A stretch of DNA of 45,828 bases from the NCBI GenBank assembly GCA_903933735.1, contig CAIZLB010000025.1:1-45828 (forward strand). The letters run 5' to 3'. Source of the stretch: an uncultured bacterium. GTDB taxonomy: Bacteria > Patescibacteriota > Minisyncoccia > Phycocordibacterales > CAIZLB01. The notes below the pieces were generated by a model that was given only the letters and a program-made list of their open reading frames with translations, was not told where the DNA came from and searched no databases. This document shows, one piece after another, positions 36,739 through 45,828 of the stretch; positions within the stretch are counted from its first letter, which is position 1; every line of letters begins with the position of its first letter. The translations under genes and the position numbers were made by a program.

Positions 36739-37443
36739 TTATTTTATGAACAGATTCTTGAGAGATTGGAAGAATCCGCCGGCAATGTTTTTCTCAAATT
36801 CTGGACGAATCTTATCTTGTATCTGATCTGGAATACCGGCATCTTTTAGTACTTTCTTTGCTTCATCTATCTTACCTTGTTTTCTAAGGTCTCGAGCCTG
36901 TTCAAAAGCGTTTTTCCACTCTTCTTTATTGGCTTTATTTTCTACTTTAACTATCTTTTGACTTATACCAGTAGGTATATCTGAAAGACCTGTGGTTTTA
37001 ATTAAAGCTTTAGCTTCGTCTAATTTACCTTGTTTAATGAGGTCAGAAGCCTGTTTCAGTATCTCTTTTTGAGCAACAGTCAAATCTGGTCTGTCATTGA
37101 TACATTTAATCAAAATAGGGTTAACCTTATTATCCTGCAATAACTTTATAGCTTCATCTTTTTTATCTTGCTTAAACAGGTTATAGGAATTGACCAATAC
37201 AGCAAACTGATCTGTTGTGACCACTTCGTCTATATTTAAATCCTTAAGTGTAGTTATGAATAGATTGTAATTGTTATCTTTTAAAGCATTCTCGATAGCT
37301 GTCTTATTTGTATCCATGAGTGTCTGATTCTTGTTGACATAACCCCTTCTTACAGAAGAAGCGTATGCTATATTTGAATTATTTAAAAGGACAGCGGCCA
37401 GTATTATGCTTAGCATAATTATATTTTTATTTATTTTTCTCAT
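36739..37443 (-). CDS. Secreted alpha-helical repeat protein
   Basis: Signal peptide; three KQ[DG]K.DEA..L repeats; last gene of ECF module. Confidence 0.7.
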   Translation of the reverse strand: MRKINKNIIMLSIILAAVLLNNSNIAYASSVRRGYVNKNQTLMDTNKTAIENALKDNNYNLFITTLKDLNIDEVVTTDQFAVLVNSYNLFKQDKKDEAIKLLQDNKVNPILIKCINDRPDLTVAQKEILKQASDLIKQGKLDEAKALIKTTGLSDIPTGISQKIVKVENKANKEEWKNAFEQARDLRKQGKIDEAKKVLKDAGIPDQIQDKIRPEFEKNIAGGFFQSLKNLFIK

Positions 37444-37510
37444 GTTTGTTTTTTAGATTAATTTATAATGTTTATAATAATCAAAACACCTTCAACTATA
37501 TATACGTTAT

Positions 37511-38269
37511 CTATCTGTTATTTATTACAAAATCACAAACATCTTTCACTAAGATATTATTTCTGTTTATTTTGTTGATGTTTTTATTCGATGGATTTGG
37601 CTTAAATCTATTTCTATCCATATTAAATGGCATTATTTGACAAGCTGTGAAGTTGTTTTCATAATCGTATCTGCCGATTATTGATATAATCTGACTGTTT
37701 GATAATACATATCTAGAATTATCGAGTATATAGGTAATATCAACATTCCAGACATCATCTTGTATATCTCGTATCAAGACATATTTGTCATCAACAAACA
37801 ATACCTCGCCCGATAATCTGCCGGACTTTGGATTAGTCCAATCAACAGCTCTCTCATTTTCAAATCTTTCTATAAGAATATTTCCATAAAATGTTTTTGA
37901 CAAAATTATGCCCAAAAGAAAACTTATAGCCAAACTTATAGAACCTATGAATAGTACAGAATGTTTATACCCCCTGTCAGTCTTTTTAAATAAATAAAAC
38001 ATGAGCAATAAACTGATACCGAATAACAAAACCCAAATAATAGGAATATTTTCAATCAGAAACATATTATAAGAATCTGCAAAATAACCCCAGTTTTTAA
38101 AATCAATATATAATGTTTTCAGAAAGAAAAAAGCAAAAGCATAAGCTCCAAATATAGTAGTTAATGCAAGTAAAAACCAAACCAAAACTCTTCTAAGTAA
38201 GAATATATACCTAGATATCGGTTTCAGGTTTTCAGTTTTTATTTTTTGTATTATTTGATCGTTATTCAT
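37511..38269 (-). CDS. Membrane protein, putative anti-sigma factor
   Basis: Overlaps sigma gene stop; 3 TM + extracellular domain. Confidence 0.65.
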   Translation of the reverse strand: MNNDQIIQKIKTENLKPISRYIFLLRRVLVWFLLALTTIFGAYAFAFFFLKTLYIDFKNWGYFADSYNMFLIENIPIIWVLLFGISLLLMFYLFKKTDRGYKHSVLFIGSISLAISFLLGIILSKTFYGNILIERFENERAVDWTNPKSGRLSGEVLFVDDKYVLIRDIQDDVWNVDITYILDNSRYVLSNSQIISIIGRYDYENNFTACQIMPFNMDRNRFKPNPSNKNINKINRNNILVKDVCDFVINNR

Positions 38270-38828
38270 ATAATTTTTGTTTTAAAAGTTTTTTAGCTCT
38301 ATTTATTTTGACACCCACACTACTCGTCGATATTTTCAAGATATCTGATATCTCTTCATATGTTTTATCTTCAAAGAATTTCAATATAAGTATTTCTTGA
38401 TAATCGGCAGATAGTTTTTGTATAGCCTTCTTAATCAAATCTAAATCCTCTCTATCTTGAAGTGTCTGATTGTCAATCTTATTATTTTCATCCTCCAATA
38501 TATGAATCAATTTTGATTCATCAGCATCCAAGGATATACTTATGTGTTTTTTATTCTTACGATACCAATCAATCATATAATTATGAGTTATACGATAAAT
38601 CCAAGATGAAAATACGAGTTTATCATCATAATCATTTATATTTCTATATATTTTAATAAACACATCTTGCAATATATCTTCCCTGTCATGACTACTTACA
38701 CAAGTGCGCCTACTTATATATTTATCTAATTTACCCTTATACCTATCTATAACATAGGAAAGAGCCTCTGGATCTTTACGAACCAGTAAGACCAAATCGT
38801 TATCGGTTTTATCTTTTATATCTTGCAC
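38262..38828 (-). CDS. ECF RNA polymerase sigma factor
   Basis: EDILQDVFIKIY, FSSWIYRITHN..IDWYRK, TYEEISDIL..S.SSV.VKINRAKK. Confidence 0.92.
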   Translation of the reverse strand: MQDIKDKTDNDLVLLVRKDPEALSYVIDRYKGKLDKYISRRTCVSSHDREDILQDVFIKIYRNINDYDDKLVFSSWIYRITHNYMIDWYRKNKKHISISLDADESKLIHILEDENNKIDNQTLQDREDLDLIKKAIQKLSADYQEILILKFFEDKTYEEISDILKISTSSVGVKINRAKKLLKQKLYE

Positions 38829-38917
38829 TATATTAACATTATACGCTTTTTATATAGAAAATATTACACATCAATTTATTTGACAAATCGATTCAAATCA
38901 TATATAATATAGACACT

Positions 38918-40048
38918 ATGAATAACACACTTCGTACTATAATACGTTTCGCTATAATATTAGTATTTTTAATATTATTAGTACTTTTAAGTATAGCCCT
39001 ATTTAAGCTTATACCTAAAGGTATAAATCAATTAGCAGAGTCCACCTTGTCGATCACAAACAATGCAACGACAAGTAATTCTTCTACCACATTGATACAC
39101 AAGGTGTCAGAAAATACATCTACAGCAACAACATCAGGTTTAAGTATAATATCGTCTGTACCTGTTGAAACAAAGACAAACACAATCACAAAAACCGTGT
39201 ATGTAAATAGACCTATATATTACCCAGCAACAACACCAACAAGGACTGGTCTTAAAAATATAAAGGTTACAAAAACAGATTATTATACAAGTGGAGATAT
39301 GATAATTGTTAGATATAAGATATTAAATGAACAAGATACAGCTACAGGAGCTTTCAGTATGCGTGTAGAAATGCCAGCTTTAAATTATAACGACAGAGTT
39401 AGATATATAAATGACATAAATCTAGGTGGTCAAAGTGCCTATGAAGTTGAAGCCCGTTTTAGTGGACTTAATACATCCGTTAATCCTGTTGTTAATATCT
39501 ATGCTGATATAAATAATCAAGTTAATGAAACAGATGAAAATGACAACTTCCTTTCTGTAAGAATAAATACTGTAAATTATAATTATAATAATAATTACAA
39601 CAATAACTGTAGCTACTATAATAATTGTAACAATAACAACTGTAACTATTATAATAATTGTTACGATAATAATTATCTATCACCTAACTTAACAATATCA
39701 TCTATAGAAACTGGTAAGATGATCAATAATTCATTCAATCCTCAAGCAAACTTCGCTTATGGTGATAATGTGGCCTTAAGAGTTAGAGTTAGAAATACAG
39801 GTGATTCTTTTAGAAACAACTGGTCAACTCGTACATATTTCTATGACATGAACGGTGTATATAGAAGTGTTGTAACAGACAATGAATTACCATTGAACAG
39901 TAACGGAGAGGTTACTTTAATAATACAAACAAATAATCAAATAAATCGTGGTAATACTTTGTTCAACTTTAGTCTAGATACTAATAACAATGTGTATGAA
40001 TCAAATGAAAATGATAATACAGCGAATGTGAGTGCTTGGGTTTATTAA
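38918..40048 (+). CDS. Membrane-anchored protein with two CARDB-like domains
   Basis: N-terminal TM, S/T-rich stalk, DINNQVNETDENDN and DTNNNVYESNENDN; terminator 40072-40102. Confidence 0.8.
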   Translation: MNNTLRTIIRFAIILVFLILLVLLSIALFKLIPKGINQLAESTLSITNNATTSNSSTTLIHKVSENTSTATTSGLSIISSVPVETKTNTITKTVYVNRPIYYPATTPTRTGLKNIKVTKTDYYTSGDMIIVRYKILNEQDTATGAFSMRVEMPALNYNDRVRYINDINLGGQSAYEVEARFSGLNTSVNPVVNIYADINNQVNETDENDNFLSVRINTVNYNYNNNYNNNCSYYNNCNNNNCNYYNNCYDNNYLSPNLTISSIETGKMINNSFNPQANFAYGDNVALRVRVRNTGDSFRNNWSTRTYFYDMNGVYRSVVTDNELPLNSNGEVTLIIQTNNQINRGNTLFNFSLDTNNNVYESNENDNTANVSAWVY

Positions 40049-40141
40049 GAAATCTTATAAAATAAAAAGCTAAAAAATCGCCCTGTTATGGGGCGGTTTT
40101 TTATGTGTAAAACTTATCCACAACTTTTATTTAGAAAATGT

Positions 40142-40170
40142 TTGACAGGTGAACTAGAGTTCACTATACT
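40142..40170 (+). promoter_or_regulatory. Promoter with LexA (SOS) operator
   Basis: TTGACA-17-TATACT with palindrome GTGAAC-TAGA-GTTCAC (40149-40164) filling the spacer. Confidence 0.8.
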
Positions 40171-40177
40171 TATAAAC

Positions 40178-40378
40178 ATGACTAAACATAAAATAATAAC
40201 AACAATAAACAAAGAAATTAACAAAATTAACGATGAGATAGATATGAAAATATTACAAGGACTTGCCTACAGGGCTGAAGCTAGACGTCACAAGATGCTT
40301 TTAAATAAACTAAGAAGTGAGGCTAGACCATCATGGCAATACAGACTTTCACGCATGGTTACATCTTTCTTGTTATAA
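40178..40378 (+). CDS. Small hypothetical protein upstream of lexA
   Basis: ATG 7 nt after the -10 box; 66 aa basic helical protein. Confidence 0.7.
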   Translation: MTKHKIITTINKEINKINDEIDMKILQGLAYRAEARRHKMLLNKLRSEARPSWQYRLSRMVTSFLL

Positions 40379-40398
40379 TGTAATATAACAATTATATT

Positions 40399-40965
40399 AT
40401 GTTAGAAAACTACAAGAAAAAAATCATATCATTCTACGAGTCACACAGACGCATGCCTGGTTATGCAGAGATTATGAACCTAACAGGATTCAAATCTAAA
40501 AATGCTGTATACAAACTTATCAATAAACTCGTAGACTTAGGTGTGATATACAAAGATGCGCAAGGTAAGATAACACCAGCTTTTTTAAATGAGGAGGTTC
40601 CCTTTCTGGGTTATGTTGAGGCTGGATTACCTTCCCTTGCCGAAGAAGATCTTCTTGATACTATAGATCTTGATAAATATCTTTTACCTCACAAAGAGAA
40701 CAGTTATATACTTGAGGTTAAAGGAGACTCTATGATAGATGAAGGTATTAAGGAGGGTGACTATGTTATCGTCGAGAAAAAATCAGATGCCAAAGATGGT
40801 GAGATAGTTATCGCTGAAGTTGATGGTGGTTATACTATGAAATTTTTCAAGAAAAAAGGAAATGTTATATTTCTCCGACCAGCCAATAAAGATTTTAAAG
40901 ATATATATCCAACAGAGTCATTCTCTATCGTGGCGGTAGTTAAGGGGGTTATAAGGAAATATTAG
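40399..40965 (+). CDS. lexA: LexA repressor
   Basis: wHTH (MPGYAEI...SKNAVYKLINKL), VEAG cleavage site, GDSM (Ser), TMK (Lys). Confidence 0.88.
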   Translation: MLENYKKKIISFYESHRRMPGYAEIMNLTGFKSKNAVYKLINKLVDLGVIYKDAQGKITPAFLNEEVPFLGYVEAGLPSLAEEDLLDTIDLDKYLLPHKENSYILEVKGDSMIDEGIKEGDYVIVEKKSDAKDGEIVIAEVDGGYTMKFFKKKGNVIFLRPANKDFKDIYPTESFSIVAVVKGVIRKY

Positions 40966-41047
40966 ATTTGACAGAAAAATAGAATCTGATAAACTATAAG
41001 TACAAATGGGTTATCCCAAACGTCAGGATCATAAAGGTCCGGCCAAA

Positions 41048-41473
41048 TCATCTCCGAATAATATCAATTATTCGGTTTTGTATTTTTATAAAGTCTACTC
41101 TAGATATGTAACCAATATATTCATCTAGCCTTTTTGTATCTAAAACTCTTAATTGGGATATAATAGCAGACCTTTCTACTCCCTTGAGTAAAATATTTGT
41201 ATAGTATTTATTGTCCTTAATCTTAGTACTTAAAGGTATACCCCAGAATATATTATTATTAAATTTTTTGAATATTAAAACAGGACGACGAAAATCATCA
41301 CCTTTACCATTTTCTTCATCTCCAATATTTTCCCCTAAAGAACACCAGTAAACACGACATTCTTCAATGACTGTTTTTCTGTCTATCTTATCTATAATTA
41401 TTTTTTCATAAATCCAATCTATAAATCTTTTTATCATCCATATATCATAAAACAATGCAGTTAAAATTTTCAT
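41048..41473 (-). CDS. PemK/MazF-family toxin
   Basis: YWCSLGENIGDEENGKG..FRRPVLI.KK..GIPLST..SQLRVLD.KRL; alternative start 41437. Confidence 0.85.
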   Translation of the reverse strand: MKILTALFYDIWMIKRFIDWIYEKIIIDKIDRKTVIEECRVYWCSLGENIGDEENGKGDDFRRPVLIFKKFNNNIFWGIPLSTKIKDNKYYTNILLKGVERSAIISQLRVLDTKRLDEYIGYISRVDFIKIQNRIIDIIRR

Positions 41474-41561
41474 AAAGAATATATAAAGATATGCAGAAGA
41501 AAAAATGAATAAATAAAAATCTTAGATTACAATTCTAGGGTTTTTATTTTTCCTAAGCGAA

Positions 41562-42374
41562 TCAGTCCCCTCCATAACAAAAGTTATCTATTGGGAAGTT
41601 TTTTGAATCATTACCAAGACATGAAAGAATCTCATCATAGTTCCATCCTACAATATTATATTGTGTCTTAACTAATATTCCTGTTTTTGTATAACCCCTA
41701 TCTTTATTATCCTGATAATAAACTGTATTTAATAATAAAACTTCAATAGGCGAACCTTTTGCAATAGTTGCTACATTTGATCCGTCATTATCGACGATAT
41801 CAATATTTTTATTTGCCTTGGTTTTTAGTCCTATATAAACGTAAGGTTGTCTAACTTCAACTATCCTACCAGTATTTGTATCAATCTTGTATTTAGTATA
41901 TGTGGGAAAAGATTCAAATGTAGATCCTGATGAATATATAAAACCATTCCCTGGAATTATCACTTTCCTCGGAGTTGACCCAACATTTATATAATCATTA
42001 CCAGACTTTATAAAATACTCAAAATGAGGGTCACCACTAGGTCCGTCATTTAATTGTATATAGTACTCTGGACCATTAGATATGATCTTGGCGGTATAAT
42101 CAGTAGTTACCTCTGGAGATGATTCACCTGTATCGAAACCACTGCTCATAAATACCTTTTTTTCTTTTTTAACAGTCCCTTCTTTTAAAGAAATAATTTC
42201 ATCTGTTGCATATGTTGTCGTTGATGTAGATATAATTTCTTCTTGTTCTATATTTATATTTGTATCTATTTTACCAATATCTTCCTTATCTTTAGGTGTT
42301 TTAGGAAATGAAAAATATGCTATAACTGCGATGATTATTAATAATAAAATTGAAGTAATAAATTTTATTTTCAT
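41562..42374 (-). CDS. Membrane-anchored hypothetical protein
   Basis: N-terminal TM; C-terminal ILVKTQYNIVGW possibly SH3-like. Confidence 0.7.
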   Translation of the reverse strand: MKIKFITSILLLIIIAVIAYFSFPKTPKDKEDIGKIDTNINIEQEEIISTSTTTYATDEIISLKEGTVKKEKKVFMSSGFDTGESSPEVTTDYTAKIISNGPEYYIQLNDGPSGDPHFEYFIKSGNDYINVGSTPRKVIIPGNGFIYSSGSTFESFPTYTKYKIDTNTGRIVEVRQPYVYIGLKTKANKNIDIVDNDGSNVATIAKGSPIEVLLLNTVYYQDNKDRGYTKTGILVKTQYNIVGWNYDEILSCLGNDSKNFPIDNFCYGGD

Positions 42375-42404
42375 GATGTATTAATTTTAACATAGGTGTA
42401 ATAG

Positions 42405-42438
42405 AAATCACATCAGAGCAATGCTTCGATGTGATTTT
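42405..42438. terminator. Hairpin terminator after gyrB
   Basis: AAATCACATC...GATGTGATTT. Confidence 0.6.
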
Positions 42439-42459
42439 AAAATCTTAATATATCATTTT

Positions 42460-44568
42460 TTATATATCCAAATTCGCAGCTCTCGCATTTGACTGAATAA
42501 AACTCTTTCTTGAAGGAACATCAGTTCCCATGAGTACATCTATAACCCTATCTGTCTCAACAATATCATCTATTCTCACTTGTTTAAGAACACGCCTTGT
42601 TGGATCCATAGTTGTCTCACCCAACTCATCAGCATTCATTTCTCCGAGACCTTTATATCTTTGTATAAATGGTTTCTTTATTGATTTCGCTTTTGTATTT
42701 ATTTCATCATCTTCCTCTTCTTCTGATTCAACCACCCCTTCTTCACCCTCTTCTGCTATAGGAGCATCAGCTTGTTCATATCCGATCTTTTTAAAATAAG
42801 CCTCCTTCTCTTCATCTGAATAATAGTATCCAACCTCCTTTCCATATTTGATCTTATAAAGTGGTGGTTGAGCAACATAGATAAATCCTCCTTCTATAAG
42901 TGGTTTAAAGTATCTATAGAACAAAGTTAATATCAAAGTTCTGATATGGGCACCATCAACGTCAGCATCGGTAGCGATGATGATCTTATGATATCGTAGT
43001 TTACTAATATCAAATACGTCACCTATAGCGGTACCTAAAGCTATAACCAAGTTTCTAACTTCTTGTGATGCAAGAATCTTATCAAGTCTCGCACGTTCTA
43101 TGTTTAAAATCTTTCCACGTAGTGGCAACACAGCTTGAGTTTTTCTGTTTCTCCCTTGAACAGCTGTACCTCCCGCAGAGTCTCCCTCCACAATGAATAG
43201 TTCTGATTCTTCTGCTCTTCTACTTTGACAATCTGAAAGCTTTCCAGGCAAAGTCATACCTTCAAGGGCGCCTTTACGTAAGATAGAGTCTTTAGCAGCT
43301 TTAGCAGCCTTTCTAGCTCTTACAGCTAAAACCACTTTGCTTATAATCTGTTTTGCTTCATCTGGATTTTCCTCTAAGAATTCTGAAAATGCCTCACCGA
43401 ATACATTTGAAGTTGCTGATTGAGCTTCTGTTGATCCAAGTTTTGCTTTTGTTTGTCCTTCAAACTGTATCTCTTGTAGCTTAACTGATACAACAGCACA
43501 TAAACCCTCGAGAACATCATCACCTGTAAATGACTCATCTTCTTTTACAAGATTATTTTTCTTAGCATAAGTGTTAAGTGTACGAGTTAAAGCTGTTTTA
43601 AAACCTGTGATATGTGTACCTCCTTCAGAGTTATAGGTATTGTTTGCAAAAGCAACCAATCTTGTATTCATATCATCAACATATTGCAAAGCTATCTCAA
43701 CACCGACATTTATACCCTCAGCACCTTTATCAGATGATGTATAATCTTTCTCAACATAAAAAACATTTTTATGTACAGTTTTAATATTTTGATTATAGAA
43801 AGAAACCAAAGATGAAAGTCCCCCTTCAAAATAGAAACTCATCGATGGGGCAATAATGTTCTCATCATATATGTAAACAGAATCATCAAGAAGTCTTTTG
43901 ACCTCTTTATCATTCATACCTGACTCTCTCATATCTATGATGTTTACAGTTAAACCCTTAACAAGATATGCTTGTTGTCTTAGATGAGAGACTATTTTAT
44001 GCCAATCATAGTTTATACCGTCCTTGAAAATAGTATCATCTGCCTTGAAAGTAACTATAGTTCCATGCAATTTTGATGTGCCAACTTTTTTAAGTGCATA
44101 CTTTGGCTTTCCTATCTCATATTCTTGTATAAACTTAGAACCGTTCTGATGAACTTCAACACGCGTGTGTACCGACAGAGCATTTACAACTGAGGCACCT
44201 ACACCATGAAGTCCTCCTGAAACTTTATAATCATCGCCACCAAACTTTCCTCCAGCATGCAAAACAGTCATAATAGTTTCTACGGCTGAAACTTTAGTCT
44301 TAGGATGAAGACCTGTTGGCATACCACGACCGTTATCGACTATTCTTATATAGCCATCAGGCAAAAGTGAGACTTCTACTCTGTTAGCATGACCGTTCAT
44401 AGCCTCATCACGACAGTTGTCAAAAATCTCCCAAATAAGGTGATGCAATCCGTCTGGACCTGTAGTTCCAATATACATACCAGGACGCTTTCTGACGGGT
44501 TCTAGACCCTCTAGGACTTGTATTGAATCTGCATCATACTCTGTTTTTTTTGATTTTTTTTCTGCCAT
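42460..44568 (-). CDS. gyrB: DNA gyrase subunit B
   Basis: VRKRPGMYIG, SGGLHGVG, EGDSAGG, PLRGK, TDADVDG, QRYKGLGEM, C-terminal NLDI. Confidence 0.93.
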   Translation of the reverse strand: MAEKKSKKTEYDADSIQVLEGLEPVRKRPGMYIGTTGPDGLHHLIWEIFDNCRDEAMNGHANRVEVSLLPDGYIRIVDNGRGMPTGLHPKTKVSAVETIMTVLHAGGKFGGDDYKVSGGLHGVGASVVNALSVHTRVEVHQNGSKFIQEYEIGKPKYALKKVGTSKLHGTIVTFKADDTIFKDGINYDWHKIVSHLRQQAYLVKGLTVNIIDMRESGMNDKEVKRLLDDSVYIYDENIIAPSMSFYFEGGLSSLVSFYNQNIKTVHKNVFYVEKDYTSSDKGAEGINVGVEIALQYVDDMNTRLVAFANNTYNSEGGTHITGFKTALTRTLNTYAKKNNLVKEDESFTGDDVLEGLCAVVSVKLQEIQFEGQTKAKLGSTEAQSATSNVFGEAFSEFLEENPDEAKQIISKVVLAVRARKAAKAAKDSILRKGALEGMTLPGKLSDCQSRRAEESELFIVEGDSAGGTAVQGRNRKTQAVLPLRGKILNIERARLDKILASQEVRNLVIALGTAIGDVFDISKLRYHKIIIATDADVDGAHIRTLILTLFYRYFKPLIEGGFIYVAQPPLYKIKYGKEVGYYYSDEEKEAYFKKIGYEQADAPIAEEGEEGVVESEEEEDDEINTKAKSIKKPFIQRYKGLGEMNADELGETTMDPTRRVLKQVRIDDIVETDRVIDVLMGTDVPSRKSFIQSNARAANLDI

Positions 44569-44709
44569 ATGGACGATATTATATCATATTTTACAGGTTT
44601 TAGGATAGAGTTTTTAGGGGTTTTGTGGTGTGGGTTTTGGGGAAAATGGTACACCTTGATTTTACATATATACAGTGGTATAAATATCAGGTCTAACCTT
44701 AAAAACAGT

Positions 44710-45546
44710 ATGAACAGCAACCACATCAACAAAGTATTGGGTATATTTATCGGTGCCGTCATCGGTGCTATCGTCGGCCACAAACTCATTCAATATGGTT
44801 TATGGCTTATGTTTGTAGCTCCAATTACAGGAGCACTTATTACAAGCTTCATGGTCGCTCCCAAAACGACCTGGAACATCATCAAGATTGCATGGAAGAC
44901 CACTTGCGTGGAGATGCCGTGTGGAATCTGGGCGTTTGTGAATTCAGATCGATTTAAAAAAGCATTATTCAGATTAACCATTCTTCTGGTTGGTATCATG
45001 TTATCCATAATATTAACCTCAATATCAGTGATATTACTGATGTCGTTTAAGAATACTTCGGAATTATTATTCAACATATCGATGGCTATTATAATATTTT
45101 ACGTAGCATTATCCTGGTCAATTTTAATTACTGGATTTTTTGATATAACAGAGGATGATACATACAAACTTCATTGGGGTGGGATTAAACTACTAATAAA
45201 GTATTGTAATGTTTTTGCTGCCATATTTTGGACCTCATGGCTAATTTTCAAAGGTCTGAGATATGTCTATAACAATCGTAAAAAATATTTGGACAAAATA
45301 ATTTTAGGCTTCATGTACACCGTGAAATTCATTGCCAGATTTTTCACCCATCTGGAATCAGGTCTACGTACATACGGCCTGACCATCAGTGTGCTTTCAG
45401 CGGCCGTAGGTGCATTTATTGGCCAATTCTATAGTCAACCGTTATATGGCGGCTTGATTGGTGTCGTTACATACAGCATCATGCATCTTTCGATTTGGAT
45501 CATTGCAGTTTGCGCTCGTGCTTTGCCGAAACGCATCCTTCAATAA
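44710..45546 (+). CDS. Multi-pass membrane hypothetical protein
   Basis: Start revised to MNSNHI; about 7 hydrophobic segments; terminator CGCTGGACC/GGTCCGGCG after the stop. Confidence 0.7.
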   Translation: MNSNHINKVLGIFIGAVIGAIVGHKLIQYGLWLMFVAPITGALITSFMVAPKTTWNIIKIAWKTTCVEMPCGIWAFVNSDRFKKALFRLTILLVGIMLSIILTSISVILLMSFKNTSELLFNISMAIIIFYVALSWSILITGFFDITEDDTYKLHWGGIKLLIKYCNVFAAIFWTSWLIFKGLRYVYNNRKKYLDKIILGFMYTVKFIARFFTHLESGLRTYGLTISVLSAAVGAFIGQFYSQPLYGGLIGVVTYSIMHLSIWIIAVCARALPKRILQ

Positions 45547-45606
45547 TCTCAACCCGTTTACTCACGCTGGACCTTCATCGGTCCGGCGCTTTTTCATTTA
45601 TATCTA

Positions 45607-45828
45607 AAAACCATCGGTTTTAACCGGTGTGTACTTTTAAAGACAACGTCGTATTATGAATAATGCCCTTACTAAATAGTATGGGCATTATTCATTAAAT
45701 ATACACACATATGTCAATTAGAAAAACATACAGGCGTACAATACGTACTCTATCACACTGCTACTATGATTTAAAATACCACTTCGTGTGGATTCCAAAA
45801 TACAGAGGTAAAGTATTAGACGACGAAA
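45607..45828 (+). mobile_element. tnpA: IS200/IS605-family element left end and tnpA start (ATG 45711, truncated by window edge)
   Basis: MSIRKTYRRTIRTLSHCYYDLKYHFVWIPKYRGKVLDDE = Y1 transposase N-terminus (H.VW.PKYR); hairpins CATCGGTT/AACCGGTG and ATGAATAATGCCC/GGGCATTATTCAT (45656-45695). Confidence 0.88.

Noticed and set aside
1-45828. Alternative genetic code (UGA=Gly as in Gracilibacteria)
   Set aside because: Long conserved genes are intact under code 11, TGA terminates genes (e.g. 8616, 34720) and RF2 is present

Overview
AT-rich bacterial window using standard stop codons. Gene content and style (leaderless promoters, shortened RF2, HTH-MurA, pilin-like leaders, many orphans) suggest Patescibacteria/CPR, probably Parcubacteria; this is an inference. 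Both ends fall inside IS elements: an IS481/IS3-type transposase C-terminus at left and an IS200/IS605 tnpA start at right. 142-11.8 kb is a co-oriented run of 16 accessory genes (Nudix x3, IDI, SAM methyltransferase, His-phosphatase, DUF922-like peptidase, PRTase-like paralogs, membrane proteins) downstream of tRNA-Gln(CTG). The main finding is that 7 of the 8 gene-gene junctions nearest the tRNA carry an att-like site whose core (TGGTTA/NTGTTA) matches the tRNA 3' end, flanked by conserved arms. This looks like an integron-like, tRNA-anchored array of single-gene cassettes with no integrase in the window. The rest holds prfB, a beta-CASP RNase, a very compact 6S-like RNA, rpoBC, an AlbA_2 ATPase, HTH-murA, MYG1, mutM, ndk, a sortase, an ECF sigma module, lexA with a GAAC-N4-GTTC box, an orphan PemK toxin and gyrB. 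The second major finding is at 27.2-27.7 kb: five tandem promoter plus structured small-RNA units. A separate putative anti-SD-rich sRNA lies at 34.84-34.98 kb. All calls are by eye from motifs; no database search was run.
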